Of a stretch of 64,000 bases of DNA, positions 20,932-32,627 are shown piece after piece. Position 1 is the stretch's first letter; each line of letters opens with the position of its first letter. Under the pieces are notes generated by a model, which saw only the letters and a program-made list of their open reading frames with translations, did not search any database and was not told where the DNA came from. The DNA is from an uncultured Bacteroidota bacterium (GTDB taxonomy: Bacteria > Bacteroidota > Bacteroidia > UKL13-3): assembly GCA_903927505.1 (NCBI GenBank), contig CAIYNF010000128.1:39636-103635 (forward strand), read 5' to 3'. The position numbers and the translations under genes were made by a program.

Positions 20932-22851
20932 CTAATTATACAAACGCAAGCGCAAGCCAAAGCGCAAAGCCTTTACCGGCAGGGGATAAGAAGGGGTATA
21001 ATAATAGCCTGAATTAATCCAATCCATATTCATGTGTTCATATTTAACAAAAATAGTGGCTGTCATTACCTGCCCGGTAAAAAACACATCAAACATTGGG
21101 TAATTGCCAATGCGGGTTTGGTCTTGCAAATAAAATGCCCGCGCACTTGGGTTATAGGCATTTCCAAAATAGCTGGTATTGTAAAATAACTCAGCACCCA
21201 ATTGAAAATTCAAGGCCTTTCTAAATAAATTTCCATTGATATAATACCTCAAATTAGCACTCATTTCTGGCAAGCGCATAATAGCCAAATTGCTTTTTTG
21301 AAAGATCAATTTGTTTTCAAAATAAAACCATCCAAATTGAAATGTTTTAGCAGCCTCTAAAGTATTTATCAATAAAATATCACTGCTTTGAATAGGCTTC
21401 ACTTCTTTGCCATAATAAACCCAATTAGCTATTACATATTGGTTAAACTGCAAAGTGAAATTATGCCTAAAAGCTTTGGTACCCATACCCACACGCCATT
21501 GTGTGACATTTATTTTTGAAAACTTATTTGTCCAACTAAAGGGTGCCGATCTATAATAAGTAAAAGTATAATCTGGCTCAAAAAGTTGGTTATAAAAACC
21601 ACCAACCAAATCTAATTTCTTAAATAATATTTTGGCATCACCACCTAGTTTAAAATCATTTTGGTTATAACCACTCATGCAATAAGAACCTGCCAATTTT
21701 AAACCCAAATTATTTTCAGTTTTAGGAATGCGCTCCATTTTTGCTTCACCCCAAACATTGTTATAGGAATTGCTTAAACCCATTTGTTGCACCTGAATGT
21801 TTTTATGGGAAATAGCAAACTCAATAAAGCTTTGCTGAAACGCATTGCTCTTGGTCCAATAGGCATAGGCAAACCTATTTAAGAGTGTTTTACTTGCTAT
21901 AGAATCATAGAAAATGCCTGTGGTATCAATGTTTGCTGTTGGAAATAATATGCTATCCTTGTTGCCTTTTGGATTGTCAAAAAAGAATGCGTCTTGGTCG
22001 TAGCGAATTGTATGAGACAAGAATCCCAACCTACTCAAAACATAACTGGTGTCTTCATTTTTTACCACCGTTTCCATTTTGCCTAAATAATAATATTGCT
22101 TGGCATAAAGGGTTTGATTTTTGAACCTGCTCTGGCAATTATATAATCTTACGGGTGCTGCTTTATTAGATCCACGCAAGGTTTCAAATAAAGAATCTCC
22201 TTTTAATCCGCCACTCTCATCTAAAACGCCTCTGTTCCAAATAATATTGGCCAATATTCCATAGCGTTTGTTTTTAGATTGGTAATTGGAATTGATATTG
22301 GTAAAATAACCACTGGTGTATTGCCTAGAATAAAAGCCACCAGATGTTACCCTGTCGTAATCTACACCAATATTAAATCGCGGCGAAAAGTTCATTGCGT
22401 ATTTTGCAGAGAACAAAAGCAATTCCTTTTGTCCTTGGGTATAAGAGAAATCAGCATAGGGTTTTTTAGTTTGGTAATAGCGTGTTTCTTGTGGTGTTTT
22501 ATAATAAATCTGATAAGGATTAAAAACCAATACAAAGTCGGTATTTTTATTCCATTCAAATAACAAACTTCTTCCCGGTGTGCCAATATTTCCTAAGTCT
22601 TGAAAGACGCTATTTTTTTTATAATAAGGGTGGTATATTTCATTGCGCCTAATAACGGTATCCTCATAAACCATAGGTAAATTGCGGTCTTGCGCATATT
22701 CCGTAATATACAAACTTGGGTATTCTTTCGTTTTTATGCTATCGGTTTGCGCCAGTATTGGGTTCGAACCAAAACCGACTAATAGTAAAAGGAAATAAGA
22801 ATACTGTTTCAAATATATTTTGTTTATTGTTTCAATATTTTCTGAACCCAT
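20932..22851 (-). CDS. outer-membrane beta-barrel-like hypothetical protein
   Basis: 639 aa with a signal peptide (…YFLLLLVGFGSNPILAQ) and Tyr/Gly-rich amphipathic segments. An alternative TTG start at 22812 would give MKQYSYFLLLLVGFGSNPILAQ and remove the overlap with the upstream gene. Confidence 0.45.
   Translation of the reverse strand: MGSENIETINKIYLKQYSYFLLLLVGFGSNPILAQTDSIKTKEYPSLYITEYAQDRNLPMVYEDTVIRRNEIYHPYYKKNSVFQDLGNIGTPGRSLLFEWNKNTDFVLVFNPYQIYYKTPQETRYYQTKKPYADFSYTQGQKELLLFSAKYAMNFSPRFNIGVDYDRVTSGGFYSRQYTSGYFTNINSNYQSKNKRYGILANIIWNRGVLDESGGLKGDSLFETLRGSNKAAPVRLYNCQSRFKNQTLYAKQYYYLGKMETVVKNEDTSYVLSRLGFLSHTIRYDQDAFFFDNPKGNKDSILFPTANIDTTGIFYDSIASKTLLNRFAYAYWTKSNAFQQSFIEFAISHKNIQVQQMGLSNSYNNVWGEAKMERIPKTENNLGLKLAGSYCMSGYNQNDFKLGGDAKILFKKLDLVGGFYNQLFEPDYTFTYYRSAPFSWTNKFSKINVTQWRVGMGTKAFRHNFTLQFNQYVIANWVYYGKEVKPIQSSDILLINTLEAAKTFQFGWFYFENKLIFQKSNLAIMRLPEMSANLRYYINGNLFRKALNFQLGAELFYNTSYFGNAYNPSARAFYLQDQTRIGNYPMFDVFFTGQVMTATIFVKYEHMNMDWINSGYYYTPSYPLPVKALRFGLRLRLYN
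22761..22770. repeat. GGTTCGAACC palindromic decamer (exact)
   Basis: Coding, minus strand: it encodes GFGSNP in the signal peptide of the OM protein. Confidence 0.9.
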
Positions 22852-24236
22852 TGGAATTCGCCAGCCTGAATCAAAGCAAAATACATGCCTCCTTTCAAAA
22901 TTGCCGTTTCGGCCTCAAAGGTAGCGCCATATAAAATTTTATGCAATACCAATTCTCCATTGCTAGTATATAGTTTAAGTTCAGCTTGTTCAATTGTTTT
23001 AGGAATGTTGTTGAGGTGAATTTTGTCGTTAAATGGGTTCGGCCAAATTTCAATTTCAGGTTTTACTTCGTATCTGTGAATGCCTGTTAAGCTAGAATCT
23101 ACCTTTAACATAAATATGCCTTCACCCATGTCACTCACTGCTATATTTCCAGATGGCAAATAAGGATAAACTCCCCAACAACCTTTATAACCATCATAAG
23201 AACTAGGTGGCCAAGCAGATGTATGGTAGTACCCAGCAATACTTGGCTTACTTTTATCGCTCAAATCAAAAATATAAAAGCCATCGTGGTAATAAGACAC
23301 ATAAGCAAAATTGCCAATCCAATAAGCATTGTGCGCAGTTGCCTTTGGGTTCGACCTAAATAAACTCACCAATTTAGGTGCATTGAAATCTGAAATGTCA
23401 AATAGCTTGATGGCTAATCCTCCAGGTATTTCATCAGTGAAAATAATGTTCTTGCCTGTTGCATCTAGCATGCTGCTATGGTTGTAACCGTTTTCCGGGT
23501 ATTCTTTAATAAAATTAATAAGCCTTTGCTTTTTTAAATCTCTTAAATCAAAAATCCATAAACCTTGGTATTCTACAGAACAATAGGCCGTATCGTTTCT
23601 TACATAAGCCTCATGTACATTTCTAAAAAGCGGACCACCATCTGCATAAGTAGGAACCTCCAAACGGCCAATCCAAATGGGATGTTCCGGGTTTTCCAAT
23701 CCCATTATATCCAATGCAACTACACCGCCTAATTTCAAACGATTAATTGCCAAATACAAACGTTTACTCTTTGCATCTATAAAAATACTATGGGTATTAA
23801 CCGACATTGAATCACTGTCGTAAACCTTGTAAACAGAATCGGGGAGGTATTGCAAATCAAAAACCTGTAAGCTGCCTTTATTGCCATTATCGCTCACACA
23901 ATAGGCGTAATGGGAATAACATTCATAATCTCTATTTACAACGTTCTTGGCCTTTCCATCTGCCACATCGCAAACTTTTATTTGTGTTGGATTGCTTACA
24001 TCTAAAAAATAAATACTGTCTGTACTACCAGCAATAATATATTCCTTCTTGCTTATTGAATCATAGTAACCAGTAAGATCGTTCCAAATTTGATAGCCGT
24101 TTAATCTTGGCAACTCAGGTTTATTCCAATGTCCTAAAAGTGAAATTTTTTCAGAAATATTTTGGGTAGAACCAAGCTTGCTGAAAAATAAGAATGCAAG
24201 TAAGAGATAAAACGATATGTGTTTTTTTTGCTGCAT
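22824..24236 (-). CDS. secreted beta-propeller-like protein (LVIVD / 'choice-of-anchor B'-like) with a T9SS CTD; paralog 2
   Basis: Start taken at the internal Met (MQQKKHISFYLLLAFLFFSKLGSTQ), which makes a TAATG stop/start overlap with the upstream paralog. It shares many blocks with the neighbouring gene (IWNDLTGYYD, YxHYAYCVSD, LQ(V/I)FDLQYLPDS). C-terminal WPNPF...ILKQ matches a T9SS CTD. Confidence 0.62.
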   Translation of the reverse strand: MQQKKHISFYLLLAFLFFSKLGSTQNISEKISLLGHWNKPELPRLNGYQIWNDLTGYYDSISKKEYIIAGSTDSIYFLDVSNPTQIKVCDVADGKAKNVVNRDYECYSHYAYCVSDNGNKGSLQVFDLQYLPDSVYKVYDSDSMSVNTHSIFIDAKSKRLYLAINRLKLGGVVALDIMGLENPEHPIWIGRLEVPTYADGGPLFRNVHEAYVRNDTAYCSVEYQGLWIFDLRDLKKQRLINFIKEYPENGYNHSSMLDATGKNIIFTDEIPGGLAIKLFDISDFNAPKLVSLFRSNPKATAHNAYWIGNFAYVSYYHDGFYIFDLSDKSKPSIAGYYHTSAWPPSSYDGYKGCWGVYPYLPSGNIAVSDMGEGIFMLKVDSSLTGIHRYEVKPEIEIWPNPFNDKIHLNNIPKTIEQAELKLYTSNGELVLHKILYGATFEAETAILKGGMYFALIQAGEFQWVQKILKQ

Positions 24237-25627
24237 TAATATTTGAAAATCCTTTTTCTTAAAATCTGCCCGTCGGCGCCACACTCAATAATATAAAGGC
24301 CTTGCGGCAAATGCGACAAGTCTATTTCACTTGTATTTGCATCAACTGGCACATTTATTTGAATATCTCCCATGGTGTTCAAAAGGGTAATTGCATCTAA
24401 ATGAATTCCATCATAATTCACTTTTATTTTTCCTGAACATGGGTTTGGGTAAACAGTAATTTCTGCTTGTGGTTTTGTAATTTCTGTTGATCCAAGCAAT
24501 GCACTATCAATTTCAAAAACGAAAATTCCTGCCGTTAAATCACTTGCAATAATATGTTTGCTGGGTAGGTAGGGATAAATTCCCCAACAACCTTTAAACC
24601 CTCCATAAACCTCAGGCGAAACAGGATGTGTATCAAACCAAGCTGCCTTAATTGGATTGCTAGGATCTGTAATATCATAAACTACTACTCCGTCATGGTA
24701 TGCAGAAACGTATGCAAAATTACCATACCAATACGCATTGTGAGATGTTGTGTAGGTATTGCTGTTAAACTGACTAATAAACTTTGGATTACTAAGACTA
24801 TTGATGTCAAAAATCTTAATATCTAATCCTGCGTTCTCATCGGTAAACATAATTTTCTTACCAGTTTTGTCTAGCCAACTGCTGTGGTTGTAACCTTGAT
24901 CTGGATAGGAGTTAATACTACCAATTAATCGTTGATCTGCAAGATTTCTCAAATCAAAAATATACAAACCTGCTTCCCCACAACTTAAATAAGCCGTATC
25001 GTTTTTTGCAAACATTTCATGCACCAAGTTAAAAAGTGGAAATCCTCCCGACTTAGTAGGAACAGTTAATTCAGCCAAAAATGTAGGATGAACTGGGTCA
25101 CTGATAGAAAGAATATCCATGGCAGAAAATCCTCCTGGTTTTGAATTGCTGCTCATGTACAAGCGCGAACTAACAGAATCAATAAAAATGGTATGCGTAT
25201 AAGTTCCAAGGGCATTGCTATGGTATACTTCAGGAAATGAATCGGGGAGGTATTGCAAATCAAAAATCTGTAACGCACCTATGCCACTTCCTTGATCAGA
25301 AACACAATAAGCATAATGTTGGTAGGTTTCATAATCGCGATTTTTTGCAAAAATAGAAGCACCTGCAACCGCTGCTATTCTTTTCATGTTCACCGCATCC
25401 GTAATATCAAAAACATAAATACTATCCGTGCCTCCACAAATAATATACTCTCTGTTCTTAATAGGATCGTAATAACCCGTCAGGTCGTTCCAAATATCTG
25501 TACCGTCTACTTTGGGCAAAGAAGGATTGTTATAAGAGGCCAATTTGCGCATGCGGTATGCATCTTGCGCGTTTACGCTTAGATGCAAAAGCATAAAAAA
25601 CAAGAAGGTATAGAGAAACTTTTTCAA
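24236..25627 (-). CDS. secreted beta-propeller-like protein with a T9SS CTD; paralog 1
   Basis: The ORF track extends to 25729 and overlaps the upstream gene by 98 nt. An in-frame TTG at 25627 gives the textbook signal peptide MKKFLYTFLFFMLLHLSVNAQ. C-terminal VYPNPCSGKIKV...ILRKRIFKY matches a T9SS CTD. Confidence 0.62.
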   Translation of the reverse strand: MKKFLYTFLFFMLLHLSVNAQDAYRMRKLASYNNPSLPKVDGTDIWNDLTGYYDPIKNREYIICGGTDSIYVFDITDAVNMKRIAAVAGASIFAKNRDYETYQHYAYCVSDQGSGIGALQIFDLQYLPDSFPEVYHSNALGTYTHTIFIDSVSSRLYMSSNSKPGGFSAMDILSISDPVHPTFLAELTVPTKSGGFPLFNLVHEMFAKNDTAYLSCGEAGLYIFDLRNLADQRLIGSINSYPDQGYNHSSWLDKTGKKIMFTDENAGLDIKIFDINSLSNPKFISQFNSNTYTTSHNAYWYGNFAYVSAYHDGVVVYDITDPSNPIKAAWFDTHPVSPEVYGGFKGCWGIYPYLPSKHIIASDLTAGIFVFEIDSALLGSTEITKPQAEITVYPNPCSGKIKVNYDGIHLDAITLLNTMGDIQINVPVDANTSEIDLSHLPQGLYIIECGADGQILRKRIFKY

Positions 25628-25631
25628 TGTA

Positions 25632-26747
25632 TTAGCCTTTAAAATTGTACCGGTAAGTATAATGTATTTTTGTAGTCTTTGCGCCCAAAGCTTCAAACAA
25701 GCTGTGCATTTTGGGGTTAAAATCGCCAATCCACGACAATTCTGCTTGGGTATATTGCGGATGATTCTTTTTCATTTCTTCATAAAACTTAATAATCATT
25801 CCTGTTTCCAAACCCAAATTTTGATAGGCAGGAATAACACCAAAAACAATTCCTCGAACCCTGTTAACACCACCAAAATGGAGTAAGTACAAGAATTTTA
25901 ATTTCGACCAAATATTCATTTTTCCATTCAAATGTTTGAAAATTTGGTTTACATCCAATACATTTACTATAAAACCTGCGGGCTCATTATTTGCATAGGC
26001 AAACCAAATAGCTTCTTCAATCATAATTGGTTTTAGTGAAATTAATGTGCTCTCTATTTTATCTTTTGTAATGGCTATAAAATCTGCTCGGCTCGCCCAA
26101 GCCTTATTATAAATATGTATAAAATCTGATGCGTATTTGTCCAATTCTTTCATCTTAAAATGCTCGAACCTGTAGGCAGGATTGGCCAATACACGGGAAG
26201 AGAGTTTAAAAAAACGTTCCGACTTAAACTCATCAATGCCAATTTCTGAGGTGGTTTGTTCAAAGTTTTTTACAAAGCCATATGACTCAAACAAATGCTG
26301 GTAATAGGAGAAATTGAAATTTTCTTGGTAGGAAGGATTTTTAAATCCGGAAACCAATAAGCCCCAATATTTATCTTTTTCTCCAAAATTGATTGGGCCA
26401 TCCATATAGCTGCAATGATTGGTTCGAAGCCAATCTTCAGCTGTATTAAATAATAGATGGGCGGCATTGACCTTGTCTACGCACTCAAAAAAACCCATTC
26501 CACCTGATAGTTTGCCGGATTCATTTTTATAAAATGCAGCAATTCTGCCAATAGTTTTTTCTTCTGAAATTAATAACCAACGCTTGGCATCGCCCAAATC
26601 ATAAAATTTATTTTGATTTGGATCAAAAACAGTTTCAATATCTTTATCCAATGGGCAAATCCAATCTGGATGATTGGCATACAATCGCTTTGGAAAATCA
26701 ATGAATTCCTTTTGCTCTTTTTTACTAAATACTTCTTTGACTTGCAT
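25632..26747 (-). CDS. hypothetical protein, possibly a GNAT/FemAB-fold acyltransferase-like protein
   Basis: 371-aa cytoplasmic ORF. The family assignment rests on overall pattern only. Confidence 0.3.
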   Translation of the reverse strand: MQVKEVFSKKEQKEFIDFPKRLYANHPDWICPLDKDIETVFDPNQNKFYDLGDAKRWLLISEEKTIGRIAAFYKNESGKLSGGMGFFECVDKVNAAHLLFNTAEDWLRTNHCSYMDGPINFGEKDKYWGLLVSGFKNPSYQENFNFSYYQHLFESYGFVKNFEQTTSEIGIDEFKSERFFKLSSRVLANPAYRFEHFKMKELDKYASDFIHIYNKAWASRADFIAITKDKIESTLISLKPIMIEEAIWFAYANNEPAGFIVNVLDVNQIFKHLNGKMNIWSKLKFLYLLHFGGVNRVRGIVFGVIPAYQNLGLETGMIIKFYEEMKKNHPQYTQAELSWIGDFNPKMHSLFEALGAKTTKIHYTYRYNFKG

Positions 26748-26845
26748 TTGCAGCGAATTTCAGCAATGATTATGGATTACGCAAGTAAGTATTTTGTTGT
26801 ATTCAATGCAATTTGCTAATTTGCAACACAAATACAATACAATAT

Positions 26846-27385
26846 ATGTTACAGATAGGCGATAAATTACCAGATTTTAAATTAATAGGTTACGATGGCA
26901 AAACATATACACACTTCGATTTTGCTGATAAATACGCCTTAGTTGTAATATTTACTTGCAATGATTCCCCAATTACAAAATCATATAGCAATAGGTTAAT
27001 TAAATTGTTTGAACGCTACGAGGAAGACAATTTGGCAATTATTGCAATCAATTCAAACGACTCCATTCAATCTCCATTAGATGATTTTAAGCACCTGCAA
27101 TTAATTGCAGATCGCTTTAAATTAGAAGAATTACATTTCTTATATTTAAAAGACGAATCTCAAGATGTTGCCAAGAAATTTGGTGCAGAACAGAATCCTG
27201 AAGTATTCTTATTTAACCGCAAACGTGAACTATCCTATAAAGGCGCTATCGACGATTGTTGGGAAAATGAAGCAATGGTTACCACCGTTTATTTAGAGGA
27301 TGCCATTGAAGAAACTTTAGATGGAATGGATATAGATTTTCCTGAAACAGAAGTGGTGGGCACGCCTATTATTTGGAAAGCATAA
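26846..27385 (+). CDS. thioredoxin-fold redoxin (AhpC/TSA-like) protein
   Basis: Start set at the internal Met MLQIGDKLPDFKL, the typical peroxiredoxin N-terminus. The ORF track begins at 26813. Confidence 0.5.
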   Translation: MLQIGDKLPDFKLIGYDGKTYTHFDFADKYALVVIFTCNDSPITKSYSNRLIKLFERYEEDNLAIIAINSNDSIQSPLDDFKHLQLIADRFKLEELHFLYLKDESQDVAKKFGAEQNPEVFLFNRKRELSYKGAIDDCWENEAMVTTVYLEDAIEETLDGMDIDFPETEVVGTPIIWKA

Positions 27386-27417
27386 AAATGTTTAAGCCTT
27401 TTATTAGTCTTTAATAC

Positions 27418-28230
27418 ATGCCATTAAAAGGAAAAACTATAATAATTACAGGTGCTTCATCTGGCATTGGTGAAGCCTGTGCCTTTGCATTTGCTGAGCT
27501 TCATGCCAATATTGTTATTGCTGCAAGAAATATTGAAAAACTAAAAGCTATAGAAGCTTGCCTTACACAAAAAGGAATACAAGTTTTAAGTGTTCAATGT
27601 GATGTGAGCAAAGAAGACAATTGCAAGATTTTAATTCAACAATCCATAGAAAAATTTAATAGGGTAGATGTGCTCATAAATAATGCAGGTATTAGTATGC
27701 GTGCTTTATTTCAAGACATGGATTTAAAAGTAATGGAAGCCCTAATGCAAACTAATTTTTGGGGCGCAGTTTATTGCACCAAACATGCTTTACCTTATTT
27801 GTTAAAAGAAAAAGGAAGTGTTGTCGCAGTAAACTCATGGGCTGGTTTTACAGGACTTCCAGCCCGAACTGCTTATTCGGCGTCAAAATTCGCCTTGCTT
27901 GGTTTTATGGAATCTCTTAGGGTAGAAAATTTAAAAACAGGCCTTCATGTAGGTAGTATTTTTCCAGGTTACACAGAAAGTAATATTCGTCGTGCCGCAT
28001 TAAATAAAGATGGAATTTCTCAGGAAGAAAGTCCGCTCAATGAAGCCTCTTTAATGAAAGCAGATGAGGTGGCCAATTACATCGTTCAAATGGTATTGAA
28101 AAGAAAAAAATACCAAGTAATTACCCTTACAGGAAAGTTAATGTATTGGATCAATAAAATATTTCCCAACTACATCGATCAGCAAGTTTATAAAGTAATA
28201 GCTGCCGAAAAGAATTCTCCTTTCAAATAA
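27418..28230 (+). CDS. short-chain dehydrogenase/reductase (SDR) family oxidoreductase
   Basis: TGASSGIG NAD(P)-binding motif, NNAG motif and the catalytic YxxxK (YSASK). Confidence 0.85.
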   Translation: MPLKGKTIIITGASSGIGEACAFAFAELHANIVIAARNIEKLKAIEACLTQKGIQVLSVQCDVSKEDNCKILIQQSIEKFNRVDVLINNAGISMRALFQDMDLKVMEALMQTNFWGAVYCTKHALPYLLKEKGSVVAVNSWAGFTGLPARTAYSASKFALLGFMESLRVENLKTGLHVGSIFPGYTESNIRRAALNKDGISQEESPLNEASLMKADEVANYIVQMVLKRKKYQVITLTGKLMYWINKIFPNYIDQQVYKVIAAEKNSPFK

Positions 28231-28237
28231 TTAATGC

Positions 28238-28320
28238 AAAAAGTCCCACACCTTGCGGTGCAGGACTTTCTAATATAAACAACCTTTCGGTTATTTCCTT
28301 CCCCCATCGTTTGTGGGGGT
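28238..28320. terminator. convergent terminator region (two hairpins) between the SDR gene and gyrB
   Basis: Hairpin AAGTCCCACACC-ttgc-GGTGCAGGACTT (28241-28269) and hairpin CCCCCA-tcgtttg-TGGGGG (28301-28319). Both U-tracts are weak. Confidence 0.45.
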
Positions 28321-28331
28321 ACACAGGAAAT

Positions 28332-30302
<1,971 letters not shown>

Positions 30303-30329
30303 TTAAAGCGTAAAAATACGTTAAAAGGC

Positions 30330-30339
30330 GGTTCGAACC
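30330..30339. repeat. GGTTCGAACC palindromic decamer (exact)
   Basis: Intergenic, about 40 nt upstream of the gyrB start. Confidence 0.9.
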
Positions 30340-30395
30340 AAATAATTCAAGGCTTTATCTCACTTGTTTTTCCACAAGTTTTCCCGATTAATTTA

Positions 30396-31424
30396 TTACT
30401 TGAAATTCAAGCCGAAAGGAGCAAACAATTCAGCCTTCACAGAAATTTCTCCCGTATATAGTTTGTTGAAGTTCTTTAATTCCTCTGTGGCATAATGATG
30501 TAGCGTAATCAAATGTTCTTTGCTAAACAAGCCAGAAGCCTCTACCATGGCTTGTGCCACATTGTATTGGGGTAACATTTTGCCATCGTCTATTTTAATA
30601 CAAACACCCAATTTTTGTTCAGGAAAGCCCATGCAAAAAACGCCTTCAGCACCTGTCTTTCCAATTATTTGTGGTGCGCATAGCTCCATTAAATCAGTAC
30701 AATAGCGCTTTGAACCGGCCACCATAAATGGATATTTACCTAAAGCAGCCATTAAGGTTTTACAAGCCACTTGTTCATTTTCGCCAAAATTTACCGGATT
30801 TACCAAGTTCATAAAACACAAAGCTTGGTTATAAACAGGAATGGAATAAACTGGAGCAGAACAACCATCTAAGGCACAAACCATTTTTTCAATGGGATAA
30901 GCATAAAACTTAGAAACGTATTCTAAAATCAACAATTGTATGGGGTGTTTGGGGGCTAAATAATCAGTGGTAGAATGTCCCAATAATTTGCACAAAGCCA
31001 ACATTCCTGCATGCTTGCCGCTACAATTGTTATGTACGGCACTTGGCTTGGTATCGGTTCGAACCAACTGATCTGCGTCTTTTTTATGAGTGGGATACTG
31101 TGCGCCACAATTCAAATCTTGTTCTGTTGAACCTATTTTATGTAATATGCTGCGCACTACCTCTAAATGACGAGATTCGCCATTGTGGGAGCCACAAAAA
31201 ATAGCAATTTCTTCTTCTGTAAATCCAAACTTTTCAACGCCACCCATAGCAATTAATGGAATAGCCTGCACAAATTTCATGGCAGAGCGTGGGTAGCATA
31301 TTTGCTGGGGATTACCCAATTGAAAAACAATTTCTCCTTCCTCATTCACCACGCATATACTTCCACGGTGAAAACTTTCTAATACACCACCTCTAAATAC
31401 TTCAACCAATATAGGATTTTCCAT
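30396..31424 (-). CDS. L-asparaginase II family (PF06089-like) protein
   Basis: VEVFRGGVLESFHRG matches the VWRGxFLESxHRG signature of that family. Start taken at the internal Met MENPILVEV; the ORF track extends to a TTG at 31547. Confidence 0.55.
   Translation of the reverse strand: MENPILVEVFRGGVLESFHRGSICVVNEEGEIVFQLGNPQQICYPRSAMKFVQAIPLIAMGGVEKFGFTEEEIAIFCGSHNGESRHLEVVRSILHKIGSTEQDLNCGAQYPTHKKDADQLVRTDTKPSAVHNNCSGKHAGMLALCKLLGHSTTDYLAPKHPIQLLILEYVSKFYAYPIEKMVCALDGCSAPVYSIPVYNQALCFMNLVNPVNFGENEQVACKTLMAALGKYPFMVAGSKRYCTDLMELCAPQIIGKTGAEGVFCMGFPEQKLGVCIKIDDGKMLPQYNVAQAMVEASGLFSKEHLITLHHYATEELKNFNKLYTGEISVKAELFAPFGLNFK
31056..31065. repeat. GGTTCGAACC palindromic decamer (exact)
   Basis: Coding, minus strand: it encodes LVRTD inside the asparaginase-II-family gene. 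Confidence 0.9.
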
Positions 31425-31639
31425 GCCCACAAAGATGCATTTTCTTGTGGGATTTGAAAAACAACGCACTATTTTGAATAGCATTTTTGCCGTATAAAAA
31501 CATTTGCAAAATTTGCAAAAGAAAATGAAGGCGCTTGCATCAATCAATTATTACAGGCAATTCAAATGGCCTATTTTTGCCTCATTACTTGCATATTAGC
31601 AAATTTTAATACTATCTTTATACCCGTAACAATACAATC

Positions 31640-32614
31640 ATGAAAAAATTAATTCTTCTACCATTGGTTATTTTCTGTTTAATACCTTTCATAGGTAAAG
31701 CACAAGACGTAATGATCTTAAGATTTAAGGCCGATTCACTCAAAGTGAAAATCATTGAAATTGGTACTGATGAAATTAAATACAAGCTTTGGCCAGTTGA
31801 AGAAAGTATGCCAATAATGGTTGAAAGCAAAGACCGCGTAAAACGTATTATTCTTGCCAATGGAACTGTAATGCGTTTCTCTGAAAATGAATTTATGAAC
31901 GCCAATAATTACAGCAGCCAACGCAAAATGGCTGTTAAAATAGATATGTTCTCATTTTTATATGGAAGTACTTCTGTTGCCTTTGAGCAATCAATTGAAC
32001 CAGGCAGAAGTTGGGAAGTGGGTGTTGGCTTTATTGGCATGGGGTCAAACCTAAATAATGGTGGCGATTACAATTCTCGTTCTGGCGCATTCTTTAAAGG
32101 TGGATACAAGTTTATTAACCAACCAGATTATTATTTAAAAGGCATGCGTTACGCGCATGTAATGAAGGGCGCTTATATAAGACCTGAATTGGCTGTTAAT
32201 TTTTACAATACCATTGTAACAGGTACTTCTTATTCTTCAAGTCTCAATACAACTACAAATATGTATGATATTGTTAAAGAAAATAGAGAAACCAAGTATA
32301 GAAATTCAGCATTTGCCTTTTTATTGAATTTTGGCAAGCAATGGGTGTTTTCAGATATTTTCTTAGTAGATGCTTTTGCAGGAATTGGTCTAGGAATTGG
32401 AGATGAGAAAAAAGTTTCTTCAACTGTTACATCTATAACTAAAAGCTCCTCTCAATACAATCCATATTATTATGGTAGTGGCTCTTCTTACGATTATAAC
32501 CATTACAACCCAACTGGAACAGGATTTGCAACCAGCACGGATGGCACAGTTTATTTGGCCGGTTCTTGTGGATTAAAATTAGGCATCCTTATTGGTGCTA
32601 AAAAAATGGATTAG
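31640..32614 (+). CDS. secreted hypothetical protein, paralog A1 (N-terminal ~70-aa domain plus a putative OM beta-barrel)
   Basis: Signal peptide MKKLILLPLVIFCLIPFIGKAQD. Shares conserved blocks with the next two genes (QRKMA(V/I)K(I/M)DM, YYLKGMRYAH, FGKQWVFS). Confidence 0.5.
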   Translation: MKKLILLPLVIFCLIPFIGKAQDVMILRFKADSLKVKIIEIGTDEIKYKLWPVEESMPIMVESKDRVKRIILANGTVMRFSENEFMNANNYSSQRKMAVKIDMFSFLYGSTSVAFEQSIEPGRSWEVGVGFIGMGSNLNNGGDYNSRSGAFFKGGYKFINQPDYYLKGMRYAHVMKGAYIRPELAVNFYNTIVTGTSYSSSLNTTTNMYDIVKENRETKYRNSAFAFLLNFGKQWVFSDIFLVDAFAGIGLGIGDEKKVSSTVTSITKSSSQYNPYYYGSGSSYDYNHYNPTGTGFATSTDGTVYLAGSCGLKLGILIGAKKMD

Positions 32615-32627
32615 TTTCTTGTAAAGC

